DNA of 64,000 nucleotides, from positions 128,001 through 192,000 of the forward strand of contig CAVUVW010000016.1 in NCBI GenBank assembly GCA_963745035.1, written 5' to 3'. Source of the stretch: an uncultured delta proteobacterium. Lineage in GTDB: Bacteria > Desulfobacterota > Binatia > UBA9968. This document shows, piece after piece, positions 49,410-60,900 of the stretch. The position numbers and the translations under genes are program-made. Numbering within the stretch: position 1 is the stretch's first letter; the number at the start of each line of letters is the position of its first letter. Under the pieces are notes generated by a model that was not told where the DNA came from, ran no database searches, and worked only from the letters and a program-made list of their open reading frames with translations.

Positions 49410-49555
49410 CAGGGGAAATTTAGGGCCTCGGTCGGCGGAACGCAAGCGCAGCCGGTTTCGCCGTGTACGATGAATGAGGCTGCGCGGGTCGCCGCAAAAA
49501 ACAAAAGGCGGGAACTTTTCCCCGCCTTTTGCAAAGCCGCGCGCTGCCGTGGAGC

Positions 49556-51129
49556 TTATCTGCCGGTGCGCGCCAAGGAATGCACCCAACCGAGCATGCG
49601 CGATCTTGGCGTTTTGAATGTCTTTGTCGCTGAACCATTTTTTGAGATCGATCCGGTCGACCGGATAAACCGGCCGCATGAAGTCGCTCTCGTAGCCGAA
49701 CGGCACGGTCGCGTCGATGCCCATGCCGCCTTCGAAATTGGTGTTCGACGCGGTCCACTCGCGCTCGCCGGCGGTCATGCGCTCGGCGGGCATAAACGTC
49801 TGGCCGCGGCCGCCGGGCAGCGGATTGATGATGTCGGTTTTCGGATTCACGCGCGTGGTGAGGTTCCAGATGATGTCGTCCATGTCGTAGGGATCGGAGT
49901 CTTCGCTGACCGCGATCACCAGGCGTGAGCCCTGCGAGGTCGCCAAAATGGCGGCCATGAAATTTCTCTGCCAGCCTTCTTCGATGCGGTTGCGTTTTTT
50001 CACCTGGATGATCGCGCCGCCCCAGTCGGTCATGCAGTAAGGAATGTTGACGTCCATGATGATGCCGGGCTGCATTCTTTCGCAGAGCTCGAACATCGCC
50101 GCTTCACGCACCGTCGTGTCGATGTTGTGATCGTCGAGGGTGTGCACGCCGAGCGGGAAAATGATCGGCTTGCCTTCGCGTTTGCGCGTGGTGACGGCGG
50201 TGACGTGGAAGGTAGGCGCTTTATAGGCCTTGCCCATATAACCGGCCCATTCCGGATGAAAGTGAAAGCGGCCTTGAACGCCGGCCTTTTCCGATTCTGC
50301 GGTTTCGAAGCGCCGATCGCGCGGATTGACGTAGCCTTCGAGAATGACTTCAGCGTCGGCTAACCCGTAGGCGTCCACCGTGCGGGCTTTTACCAAACGC
50401 ATGGGCGCGCCTTGGACCGCGCCGGCAACGCCGACTTCGTCGCAGCCTTGCGGCAAAATCACATAATCAAAACCGGCGCCGGCCAGCAGCGAGCCCGCCG
50501 GCGGCAGACCGAAATTCATGGTGATCGGCACCATCTTGTCGTCTTTGTAGTATTTGCTCACCACCTGCCACATGTGCGAGCCGGGAGAAATTTGAAACGT
50601 GCCGACGTTGCCCCAGCGAAAATTCATGCGGTTGTAGCCGAGGTCGGTGCCGCCGCTGAAATACTCGCCGGAGATCAGCCGGTTGCCCGAGCCGACGGTC
50701 AATTCCGGTTCGATGTCGGTGTGGCGGATCGGGATGACGAATTCGTTGGCTTCCGCCGGTTTTTCGTAGACTTCTTCCTGCACCGGCGCGTCTTTCTGGT
50801 CGACGACGATGGGCGCAATCGGATGGGTCAGGGCGTAGGCGAGTTTTCTCGTGCGGTCCGCGTGGTCCTTCCAGCCGAACATCTTGTTGATGACGTTCAT
50901 GTCGCCGAACAAGTTGGTGATCGCCCGATGATGCGGCTTGCCTTTGACGTTGATTGAACAGAATCGGACAGCCGCCGTCCAATTGCTTCTGAATGCCGGT
51001 GATTTCCAGGTCGGGATCGACTTCCTTCTCGGTGATCAGGATATCGCCTTCCTTTTTCATCCACTCGATCGCATGTCGCAGATCTCTGACCTCTTCCGGA
51101 GCCGCGCCGTTGGTCTTCGCGTTAGCCAT
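49556..51129 (-). CDS. phtDa: UbiD family decarboxylase, phthaloyl-CoA decarboxylase-like (frameshifts near 50950 and 49600)
   Basis: EVDPDLEITG, GYNRMNFRWGNVGTFQISPGSHMWQV, QGRFHFHPEWAGYMGKAYKAPTFHV, GWVHSLARTGR match my recollection of Pcd/PhtDa. Confidence 0.8.
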
Positions 51130-51418
51130 TGCTTGCCTCCCAATGATTTGTGAGTCTGTGTCCAGTCGTTTGAACGGTTTACCCGAAAAACTCAAATTTC
51201 CTTCTGCGGTCGGATATCAAAAATCGGGGCGAGGGTCGAATTCGGGGCGCCGGACGGTGAATTACGCTTATACGACATTTTTTTCAAAGTCAACGAACGC
51301 TCGTATCATCACAGCTTATCAGCGCCCGAGTGGGCGCTGTCGCCGCCGCACCCTTTACAGTTTGTCATCGGCTTGCTATCACTTCTGAGATTATTTTTCG
51401 ACACTTTTGGGAGAACTT

Positions 51419-54400
51419 ATGACGGATGGTGCGCAGCGTTCCAGGCAGGATTGGCTGCTTCTCGTCGGCCTGTTTTGCTTTTTTGTCTCCGGCGCGGCGG
51501 GTTTGATCTACCAGGTCGTGTGGACGCGCATGCTCACGCAAATTTTCGGCAACACCACCTACGCCATCGCGACGGTTTTGGCCGCGTTCATGGCGGGTCT
51601 CGCCATCGGCAGCTATCTGTTCGGCCGGATCGCCGATCGCGGCAGGAACGATTTTTTGCTCTACGGCATCCTCGAAGCGGGAGTCGGCGTCTACGGCTTT
51701 CTGGTGCCGTGGATCTTCCTGGTCACGCAGAAACTCTACGGCCCGATTTTCGGACTGAATGAAAGCTATCCGTTTCTCTTCAATCTGGTGCTGTTCTTTC
51801 TCTCGTTCGTACTTCTGGTGTTTCCCACCATGCTGATGGGCGCGACCTTGCCGGTGCTCAGCCGCTTCTTTGTGCGCAGCTTCGCCCAATTCGGCCGGCG
51901 CGTCGGCGATCTCTACGCGACCAACACGCTGGGCGCGGTGATCGGCTGCGCCGGCGCCGGATTTTTTCTGATTCCAACGCTCGGCATGCAAACGACGGTG
52001 TTCGTCGCGGCGGGGGCCAACCTGCTCGTCGCCGCGGTGATTCTGATCGTCGATCGCTTGCGCGACAAGAACGCGGTGGAGGTCGTCGCCGAGCCGGCCG
52101 CCGAAAGGGTCGAAACGTCGGACGCACCGAGCTCCTTAGCGCTGCGCTGGGTGTTGCTGCTCTCGTTTGCGCTCTCGGGTTTCGCGTCGCTGGTCTACGA
52201 GAACGCCTGGACGCGGGCGCTGACTTTGGTGATCGGCAGTTCCGTTTATTCATTTTCGACGATGCTGGTGACGTTTCTCGTCGGTCTGGCGCTCGGCGGA
52301 TTCATCTACGCGCGCGTTCTCGGCCATCGGGAGGCGCGTTTGAGCACGTTCGGCTTGATCGAGCTTTGGGTCGGGCTGGCGGCGCTGGCGACGATTCCGC
52401 TGTTCGAAAGACTGCCGCTGGTCTTCGTGCGCCTGCTGCACGGCTTCGGCGATACCTTCACCGTGTTCTTGTATTTGCAGATTTTCCTCGCAGCCCTGGT
52501 CATGTTCGTGCCGACGGTGCTGCTCGGGATGACCTTCCCGTTGGTGGCGCGATTGTTCACGCAGACTCTTTTCCGCGTCGGCAGCGGGGTCGGGAGCTCC
52601 TACGCGGCCAACACGGTGGGCGCGGTGCTCGGCGCCTTCGCCGGCGGATTCATCCTCATTCCGAATCTCGGCGTGCAGAACACGATCATCTTCGCCGTGG
52701 TCATGAATCTCTTGATCGGCGCTTGGCTGGTGGCGAGCGATCCGAAACTCTCTTTCGTGCTGCGCTACGGTTTCGGTTTGACCGTGCTGGTTCTCGCGCT
52801 CATCGTGCCGCTCAAGATCCGCCGCTGGGATCCGCACATTTTGACGAGCGGCGTGACCATCTACGCGGACCGCTACGAGTCGCTGCCGACCAACTCGCTG
52901 CGCATCGAAGAAATGAGGCGCGATGACGTGCTGTTTTATCGCGAGGGGTTGACCACCACGGTGAGCGTGCACCGCATTCCGGGCAGCGATTACGTCTATT
53001 TCAAGTCGAACGGCAAGATCGACGGCTCCTACGGCGACGCGCTCAGCCAATTGATGACGAGCTATATCGCCATGCTGCTCCATCCGACGGCGGAGACGGC
53101 GCTCACCATCGGCCTGGGCAGCGGCATGTCGGCCAAGGCGCTGGCGACTTTTCCGTCGCTCAAAGAGATCGAGGTGATCGAGATCGAGCCGACGATGATC
53201 GAGGCGAGCAAGTACTTCGACATTGCCTCGGTGAAGCTCGAAAAGCTGCCGGCGGGAGTGGCGTTTCCGCCGGACGGCGAGAGCCGGGTCTGGTACGACG
53301 ACAAGGAAAAGCGTCTCTACTACAAAGGCGTAATGGAGGCCGAGGCCAGGACCGAGCTGATGAAGCGCTCCGAGGACCTAGATTATCGCGGCGCCGTCGA
53401 TCGGCTGTCGCGCAACGCGCGCCATTCGCGCCACTCGAGCGTCCTCGAAGATCCGCGGGTGCGCGTCATTCCCACCGACGGCCGCAACTATATTCTGGCG
53501 ACGCCGAAATATTACGACGTGATCACCGCCGAGCCGTCCAATCCCTGGATCGCCGGCATCGCCAACCTGTACACGCGCGAGTTTTATCAAGTCATCAAGT
53601 CGAAGATCAAAGACGACGGGATTTTCGCCCAGTGGATCCACAACTATTCCATGTCGCCGGACGATTTCCGTATGGTGTTCCGCACCTTCGCCGAGGCGTT
53701 CCCGCACGTTTCGCTGTGGAGCATGAAAGAGAGCGACTTTCTGCTGATCGGCAGCAAGCAGGAGCAGGTCTTCGACTATCCGGCGGTCAAAAAGATTTAC
53801 GACAACAACAAGATGTTGCAGTCCGATCTCGAGTATCTGGGATTGTCCGACGTCTACGCGGTGCAGGGATTTTTTCGGATGAACCGCGAAAACTTTCTCG
53901 CGTTTTCCAAGGGCGCGGCGATCAACACCGACGACGGCGCGGAGCTGGAGTTCTCCGCGCCGAAAAACCTGCGGCGCGCGACCACCGAACTCAACCGGCG
54001 CATCATGGCGCCGTTTCTCGTCGATAATCCGCCCTGGCTCAAGTCCGGCGCGCTGCCGGTGCCCCAGGCGATGCACCACTTCTACATGGCGCAGGCCTAC
54101 GCGGCGAGCTTGGCGCGCAACCGCGCGTTGAAAGAGGTCGAGGAGGCGATCCGGCTGGAGCCCAAGAACCCGAAGTTTCATCTGCTAAAGATGCGGCTCT
54201 TATTGGAGCAGGACAAGAGCGCGGACGGCGCTAAGGAAGCCTTTGCGGCGCTCGCAAGCGGGCCGCAGTATATCCCGGATGTTTTGGCGATGAGCGACGA
54301 ATTCTATCTGCCCGAAGCTCAGGCCGTTTACCGCAAGACCATCGAGATGGGCAACAAAGACGTGCTGCCGTATCTCGGTTTGGGCAACATCGCGCTGCAC

Positions 54401-54847
54401 GGCGGCAACGTGTCGGAAGCCGAAAAATGGTTTGTTCAAGCTCGGGAACTGCAAGCCGAGCACCCCGCCGTCTTGCTTGCATGGGGCCGTTTGACCGCGG
54501 CAAAAGCGCAGAAGCTCACCGATGACGCCGAGGCCAAGAAACAGCTCCAGCAGGCTCGAACTTTGCTGGAGAAAGCCCAGGCCAAGGGCGAGGAGTCGGC
54601 TACCATCTACACGGAACTGGGCGCGGTCTATTATCGGCTCGCCATGTGGGAGAAGGCGGCGGAAGCCTACGGCGAAGCTTTGCGCATGCGCCGGCGGCGC
54701 AACGACTTGCGTTTTTCCCTCGGGCAGGCGTATGCCCAGTTGGGAAGAACCGCCGAGGCAGAGCAGAAGTATCGGGAAATTCTCGCGCTCTCTCCCGACG
54801 ATGCCGAGGCGTTGAAGGCGCTTCAGGATTTGGGCAAGAGATATTAA
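51419..54847 (+). CDS. Fused MFS-like membrane domain / spermidine synthase / TPR protein
   Basis: SGAAGLIYQVVW..FGNT, YATNTLG repeats; IGLGSG, IEIEP, DGRNYI, YDVITAEPSNPW, NTDD; C-terminal TPRs. Confidence 0.9.
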   Translation: MTDGAQRSRQDWLLLVGLFCFFVSGAAGLIYQVVWTRMLTQIFGNTTYAIATVLAAFMAGLAIGSYLFGRIADRGRNDFLLYGILEAGVGVYGFLVPWIFLVTQKLYGPIFGLNESYPFLFNLVLFFLSFVLLVFPTMLMGATLPVLSRFFVRSFAQFGRRVGDLYATNTLGAVIGCAGAGFFLIPTLGMQTTVFVAAGANLLVAAVILIVDRLRDKNAVEVVAEPAAERVETSDAPSSLALRWVLLLSFALSGFASLVYENAWTRALTLVIGSSVYSFSTMLVTFLVGLALGGFIYARVLGHREARLSTFGLIELWVGLAALATIPLFERLPLVFVRLLHGFGDTFTVFLYLQIFLAALVMFVPTVLLGMTFPLVARLFTQTLFRVGSGVGSSYAANTVGAVLGAFAGGFILIPNLGVQNTIIFAVVMNLLIGAWLVASDPKLSFVLRYGFGLTVLVLALIVPLKIRRWDPHILTSGVTIYADRYESLPTNSLRIEEMRRDDVLFYREGLTTTVSVHRIPGSDYVYFKSNGKIDGSYGDALSQLMTSYIAMLLHPTAETALTIGLGSGMSAKALATFPSLKEIEVIEIEPTMIEASKYFDIASVKLEKLPAGVAFPPDGESRVWYDDKEKRLYYKGVMEAEARTELMKRSEDLDYRGAVDRLSRNARHSRHSSVLEDPRVRVIPTDGRNYILATPKYYDVITAEPSNPWIAGIANLYTREFYQVIKSKIKDDGIFAQWIHNYSMSPDDFRMVFRTFAEAFPHVSLWSMKESDFLLIGSKQEQVFDYPAVKKIYDNNKMLQSDLEYLGLSDVYAVQGFFRMNRENFLAFSKGAAINTDDGAELEFSAPKNLRRATTELNRRIMAPFLVDNPPWLKSGALPVPQAMHHFYMAQAYAASLARNRALKEVEEAIRLEPKNPKFHLLKMRLLLEQDKSADGAKEAFAALASGPQYIPDVLAMSDEFYLPEAQAVYRKTIEMGNKDVLPYLGLGNIALHGGNVSEAEKWFVQARELQAEHPAVLLAWGRLTAAKAQKLTDDAEAKKQLQQARTLLEKAQAKGEESATIYTELGAVYYRLAMWEKAAEAYGEALRMRRRRNDLRFSLGQAYAQLGRTAEAEQKYREILALSPDDAEALKALQDLGKRY

Positions 54848-54871
54848 TTGCCTGCGCCGCCCGCGGCGCGC

Positions 54872-54905
54872 AGGGCCTCCGGCAAACCGCCGGGGGCCTT
54901 TTTTT
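54872..54905 (+). terminator. Rho-independent terminator
   Basis: ggcctccggc-aaacc-gccgggggcc followed by a T-run. Confidence 0.75.
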
Positions 54906-55084
54906 GTCTCGGAATCCGCGATGGCGTCCCGCAGGGAGCAATCCTTCCGTCGTGCAGACCGTGTCTTTATGGGGAAGCAATGCCGCGCGCCAGGGGCGCA
55001 CTGCGAAACTCAGCCAAGCGCTTTGAAGTTGGCGCGCGGACCAATTATGCTGGCCGCACTTGTTCCTTGCCCAGGAGGTTTCCA

Positions 55085-55901
55085 GTGTTGACGGAAAAAA
55101 TTGGCGTCATCGGCGCGGGCAAGATCGGTTGCGCGATCGCCCGCGGCGTCATTCAAGCGGGTTTGGCCGGCAAAGAGAACGTCATGGCGAGCGACGTGAG
55201 CGAGGCGCTGCGCCAAGCGATTGCCCATGATCTCGGCGTCAAAACGACGGCCGACAATCGCGAGCTCTGCGACTTTGCGGATATTATCGTCTTGGCGGTC
55301 AAGCCGCAGGTGGTCGATTCCGTGGCACGGGAGATTGCCAAGAAGATCGGCAAAGCGAAATTGCTGGTTTCGGTGGCCGCGGGGGTGCCGCTCACGCGCA
55401 TCGAAACGCACCTCGAGCCAGGCGCGCGGGTGGTGCGCGTCATGCCCAACATCGCCTGCGTCGTCGGCGCCGGCGCGGCCGGTTATGCGCTCGGGCGCGC
55501 ACGCCACTGCGGCGGATCTGGAGAAGGTTGGCGCACTGCTCAACAGCTTCGGCGTCGGCATGGCGGTTGAGGAAAATTATCTCGACGCGGTCACCGGGCT
55601 GAGCGGCAGCGGTCCGGCTTATGTTTTTCTTTTCATCGAGGCGCTGGCCGACGGTGGCGTGCAGATGGGGCTCACGCGCGAGGTCGCGCTCAAGCTCGCG
55701 ATGCAGACGGTGTATGGCGCCGCCAAGATGGCGCTGGAAAGCAAGAAGCACCTCGGCGAATTGAAAGACGAGGTTACCTCGCCCGGCGGGACCACCATCG
55801 CCGGCCTGTACGCCATGGAGCAAAGAGGCTTCCGCGGCACCGTAATGGACGGCGTCGTCGCCGCCACCAAGCGATCCCAAGAATTGGGCAAGAGATCGTA
55901 G
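55085..55901 (+). CDS. proC: Pyrroline-5-carboxylate reductase, frameshift near 55492
   Basis: IGAGKIG, LAVKPQ, SVAAG, RVMPN, TGLSGSGPAY, VTSPGGTT. Confidence 0.92.
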
Positions 55902-56139
55902 ATTTTTGCCAGATCCTCAGTCAGTGATGTGCCGGGTTGATGAAGTGTTCCAGCGGGGAGGCTGGCGCAGCCTTTGGTGCCCTGGAGCTGAACGGCCGTC
56001 CTGCAGCTCTCCGTTAATTTAGGTTTCTCGCCGGTTACAATCGGACGATCATCGCGCATTGCCGGCTATTTTACTGAAACATAGGGCCGGCCATGTGGCA
56101 TATTACGCAGCCGGATGTAAGGTGATAAAAAATTAGCAA

Positions 56140-57972
56140 GTGAAGCGCCTCGGTCTTGTTGTCATGGTGCTGGCCGGCCTTTCCATTTTCTCGCAGAGCG
56201 TTTTGGCTGCCGTGATCGCTGACCTCGATCCGGCCAAGCAGTGGAAAACGGCGCGCATCGAGTTTTCCGGAGATGAAAAATTTTCCGAGGACGCGTTGCG
56301 CGGTGTCATTGTGACCAAACAGCGGCCATGGTTTCGTTTTTGGGAGGATCTCCCGGAGTTCGAGCCGGTCACCTTCGAGACCGATCTCGAACGTTTAAGG
56401 CGCTACTACGAATCGCGGGGTTACTATGAAGCCGCGATTACCTACGATCTCGAGATCAACTCGGAAGCCAATTCGGTAGTGGTGCGCATTTCCGTGCGCG
56501 AAGGCGAGCCGGTTCTGATCGGCGCCATCGACGTCCAAGTTGCGTTGCAGACGCCCGAGCAAAAGCCTCCTCCGCTACCCGAACAGTTGCCCGTCAAACG
56601 CGGCGACGTTTTTCGCGAGACTGAGTACCAGCAGAGCGAGCAGGTCTTGCGCAATTCGCTCCTGGATGGTGGCTATGCCCACGCGCAAAGCGAGCGGCAC
56701 GCGGAAGTCGAGTTAGCGGAACGACTCGCCCGCATTCGTTACGGCTTGCGGCCTGGTCCCATCACGTTCTTCGGCGACACCACGATCAAAGGCTTGCAAA
56801 AGGTCGAACCGGAGCTGATTGAGCGCGAAATCCAATATGAACCAGGTGAAATGTATTCCCTTAAAAAGGTCACGCAGACGCGTGAAAAGTTACTGGCCCT
56901 GGATCTCTTCGGCACAGTCCGTGTGGCCCCCGCGCAGACACAAGGGACCCCCACCACTGTGCCGATGGAAGTCGAGGTGTCGGAAAAAGCTTATCGGGAA
57001 ATCCGCCTCGCGCTCGGCTACGGCACCGAGGACGAGTTTCGTACTCAACTGGAGTGGCGTCACCGAAATTGGCTCGGCGGCGGCAGGCGGCTTTCGGCGC
57101 AGGTTAAATACTCTTCGATTCTCGTGACAGGCGCGACTGAACTGGTGCAACCGCATTTTTTTACGCCGCACACGCAGGGCGCGCTGAGGGTCAGCCATGA
57201 CCAGGAGAAGGAAGAAACCTACCTCCGCAATGTGACACGATTTTCGCCCCGCGTGGATCACCGCTTCTCGCCCGCATGGACGGCTTTTCTTGGCTACCGA
57301 GTCGAGTACGACAAGCTCAACAAGATCTCTACCGCCACCCAGGAGGCGCTCGGCGATATTCGCCGCGACGGCATTGTCTCCGGGCCAATGGCAGGAGTGG
57401 TGTGGAATACTTCCGACGATCCTTTTAATCCGAAAAAGGGTCACGTGGTCTCGCTGACGGTCGACCAGGCAGGGGCGATTTGGGGCGGGCAATATAGCTT
57501 TTACAAGATTACGGGCGAGGCAAAAAAGTACTTTGACATCGGTTGGAGCACGGTGTTTGCGGCACGTCTAAAGCTCGGTTTGGCGGACGCCATCGGTGCC
57601 GAGAAAAACTTGCCGTTATTTGAACGGTTCTTCTCGGGCGGTGATAAAAGCGTGCGCGGTTACGGGCGGCGCCGGCTCGGACCGCTAGACTCCGACGACG
57701 ATCCCATCGGCGGGCTCAGTCTCGTGGAAGGTTCGCTCGAATTTCGCCGCCCGCTATGGAAGGAACTCAGCGGCGCGCTCTTCCTCGATTTCGGCCAGGT
57801 CTCGAGGCGCTCCTTCGATCCTCCTGTCGATAATTTGCGCTTTTCCTCGGGCTTCGGTTTGGCCTATTCAACCCCTGTCGGGCCGGTCAGACTGGACGTG
57901 GGCTTTCCTTTCAAGCCGCCGCGCGGCGACCCATCCTGGCAGGTTCACTTCAGCATTGGAGCTTACTTTTAG
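56140..57972 (+). CDS. tamA: Omp85 family outer membrane protein (TamA/BamA-like, about 3 POTRA domains)
   Basis: Signal peptide, YESRGY, RFFSGGDKSVRGY, TPVGPVRLD, C-terminal F; directly upstream of tamB. Confidence 0.85.
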   Translation: MKRLGLVVMVLAGLSIFSQSVLAAVIADLDPAKQWKTARIEFSGDEKFSEDALRGVIVTKQRPWFRFWEDLPEFEPVTFETDLERLRRYYESRGYYEAAITYDLEINSEANSVVVRISVREGEPVLIGAIDVQVALQTPEQKPPPLPEQLPVKRGDVFRETEYQQSEQVLRNSLLDGGYAHAQSERHAEVELAERLARIRYGLRPGPITFFGDTTIKGLQKVEPELIEREIQYEPGEMYSLKKVTQTREKLLALDLFGTVRVAPAQTQGTPTTVPMEVEVSEKAYREIRLALGYGTEDEFRTQLEWRHRNWLGGGRRLSAQVKYSSILVTGATELVQPHFFTPHTQGALRVSHDQEKEETYLRNVTRFSPRVDHRFSPAWTAFLGYRVEYDKLNKISTATQEALGDIRRDGIVSGPMAGVVWNTSDDPFNPKKGHVVSLTVDQAGAIWGGQYSFYKITGEAKKYFDIGWSTVFAARLKLGLADAIGAEKNLPLFERFFSGGDKSVRGYGRRRLGPLDSDDDPIGGLSLVEGSLEFRRPLWKELSGALFLDFGQVSRRSFDPPVDNLRFSSGFGLAYSTPVGPVRLDVGFPFKPPRGDPSWQVHFSIGAYF

Positions 57973-60900
57973 ATGGACAGACTGCGGCGCATCATAAAAT
58001 GGTTCTTTGTCGGCGCTGCCGTGCTGCTTTTTCTGGTAGTCGCTGCAGTGGTGATCTACACGCGCAGCGAACATTTTACCCGCTGGCTCCGCGAGGAGGC
58101 GGTGGCGGCCGTCAACAGTGCGATCCGTGGCTCGATCAGCATAGAGCGGTTGGAAGGCTCGGTATGGCGCGACGTGACGCTCCACAATGTCGCGCTGAGC
58201 TACGAGAACGTCGAGGTCCTTACGATTCCCCGGGTGGCAATCTCCTTTTCGTTGTGGCGCCTGCTCTGGCGCGAATTGCGGATTTCCCAAATCGACGGGC
58301 TCAAGCCGCGGGCCGACTTGCGGCAGGACGATGAAGGCAGTTGGAACGTCGTCGAGGCCCTGGCGCCGCGCCAGCCCGAGCCCGAGCAGAGCTCGGCTTT
58401 CACCACCGTGGTGCGCTCGCTGCGCCTGCGTGAGGCGGGCATCGATCTGCGCATCGCCGGCAAGCAAGAGAAACTTTATCGCGCGCGCAATCTCAATCTC
58501 GAAGCCGGTCTCGGCCTGCTTCCTGGAGGCGTCAGCCTCGAAATACGCGAGCTGGCCTCAGGCCTCGCGTCCGAGGGCCTGCCGAATCTGAATCTGAAGG
58601 GCGCGCTCGACTACCGGCAGCTCACTGGGGCGCCGCCGACTTTTAAATTCAACGATCTCTGGGCGGTCAGCCACAACTCGCGAATCAAGCTCGACGGGGA
58701 AATCGTTCAGGGCGGCGTGCTGCAGGTCAAAGCGCGGGCGCGCATCGACAAGCTGGCCCCCGCCGATCTCGCCTACTTCGTTTCCGACTGGCCGCTTCGG
58801 CGCGATCTCGCGGGGGAATTTAACGTGACGGGCGCGCTCGATGATCTCCACGGCAACGTGACTTTGACCGGCGCGGGCGCCAAGCTGTTAGCTCGGTTGC
58901 GCGCCAACGTGGAGCAGAGCCCGCCGCGCTACAGCGCGACTCTGACGATCGCGGGTTTCGATCTGCGCCAGTGGCTGGCGCAAAAGGATTTGGCCGGAGT
59001 TGTCGCCGGCAATTTGGAAGCGCGCGGTAACGGCTTCGCGCTGAATGATATTGCGGCCAAGACCGATTTCGAGGTGCGCTCCGCGGAAATCCAAGGGTGG
59101 ACGCTGGGCAACGTGGCGCTGCAGGGGCGCCTGGAAAAAAGCGTGGCGGTTGTCGACGGCCGTCTCGACGGCAAAGCCGGCGCGGCGAACTGGTCGGGGA
59201 AGATCGGGCTGCAGGGCAAACGCCCGACCTACGAAGCAGCGATCGCGCTCAAAGATTTCGACCCGGGGGCCGCCAGCGGCGACAGCTCTGCTTTAAAGGG
59301 AAAGCTCAACCTGCAGGGAACCGTGGAGGGAGCCGGATTGAGTCTTGCCGAAATGAACACGCGGGCGGACGTGCGCGTGCTGCCGTCGTCGGTCGGGTCG
59401 ATAAACGTGACGGACGGGCGCGTCGAAGCGGCGCTGCGCGATCGCCGTCTTGCAATTGCGCGCGCCTCGCTGCGGACGGCAGAATCGATCCTCACGGTGA
59501 ACGGCGAGCTCGGCATCGATCGCGGCAGCGCGGGAAAAGTTGTCTACCGCTTCCAGTCTGCCGACGTTGCGCCTTGGCTGCAGCTGGCAAATCACAAAGG
59601 AAGCGGCTCAATCAACGTTGCCGGCCAGGCGCGCGGCAACCTTGCCGACATCGAAACTCAAGGCATGATTCAAGTGGCCGGTTTGAAAGCCGCAGGCGTT
59701 GCGGTCAAAAACGGCGATGTCAATTATACCTTGCGCGGCGCGGCCGATGGGACGTTTCCGGAAGGTGTCGTAACGTTAAAGGTGACCGACTTCGATGCCG
59801 GGCTTGCCCTTCGTCGCCTCGATGGGAGAGCGACCCTCGCGCGTACGCCCGCGCAGTCGATCGATCTCGATTTCACCGCCCAGGATCGCGCTGATCGCAA
59901 GCATGCGCTCAAGGGCCAGCTCAGTTTTGCTCCCGAGGGGGCGGTCCTGCGGGTCAACCAGCTCTCTGCTACCGCGCCGGACGGCGCCTGGCGGCTTGTC
60001 CGTCCGGCAACCTTGAGCCAGCGCGGCGACACTTTCGTGATCGAACAACTGTCGCTCCGCAACGGCGAGCGCGCGATCAATCTCGACGGCCAACTCGGCT
60101 TCGCCGGCAAGCAGGACCTGCGGCTCGAAGTCGATCGGCTGCCACTGGAAACGCTATCCGCATTCATGTCACAGCCGCCTAAGATGTCGGGCGTTATCAA
60201 CATGACGGCGCGGATCAGCGGCACGGCGGCAGCACCGGAAATCACTTCCAGCTTGAAGCTGAGCGATCCGACGATCGCCGGACAGGCTTATGCGGGGGCT
60301 ATGGCCGAAATTCATTACAGGGAACGTGCAGCCGCGATACGGATGACGGTTCAGCAGGATACGACCCATTCGCTCACGGCAAACGGTACCCTGCCATATG
60401 TCTTGAGCTGGCACGAGAAGTTCCGCGTCGAACCGGCCGAAGGCATGGATATCCGAGTGCAGAGCGACGGCTTAAGCATAGCTTTCTTGAATGCATTCGC
60501 AGGCAAGGCCGTCGGAAATGTCCGCGGCGATATCGCGCTCGACGTCCGTGCGCAAGGCTCGATCAAGCAGCCTGATTTTCGCGGTACTTTCCGCTTGCGC
60601 GACGGCAGTCTCAAAGTCGTGCCGCTAAACGTCGACGTCAATGCGCTCACGATCAGCGGCGGTTTGGATTCCGGACAGCTGATCGTGAGCGACATTTCGG
60701 CCAAGGCGAAAGATGGCGAAATTCGCGGCAACGGGTCATTGGCGCTCAAACAATTCGATGTGAGCGCAGTGAAGCTCTCACTGACCGCTCAGCGCTGGCC
60801 GGCAATCGATACGGTGCGCTACCAAATAAGGATCGGCGGCAAAGTAGACGTTGAGGGAAGCCTTCTAGCGCCGGCGGTCAAAGGGCAGGTCGTAATCACT

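Noticed and set aside
48936-50912. Apparent 658-aa UbiD-JAMM fusion ORF
   Set aside because: A frameshift near 49600 bypasses the UbiD stop. The natural C-terminus (..LARTGR*) ends at 49556 in another frame, and the JAMM gene has its own ATG at 49409.
55085-55901. proC pseudogene or programmed frameshift
   Set aside because: Single indel, both halves fully conserved, no slippery site; consistent with window-wide indel errors.
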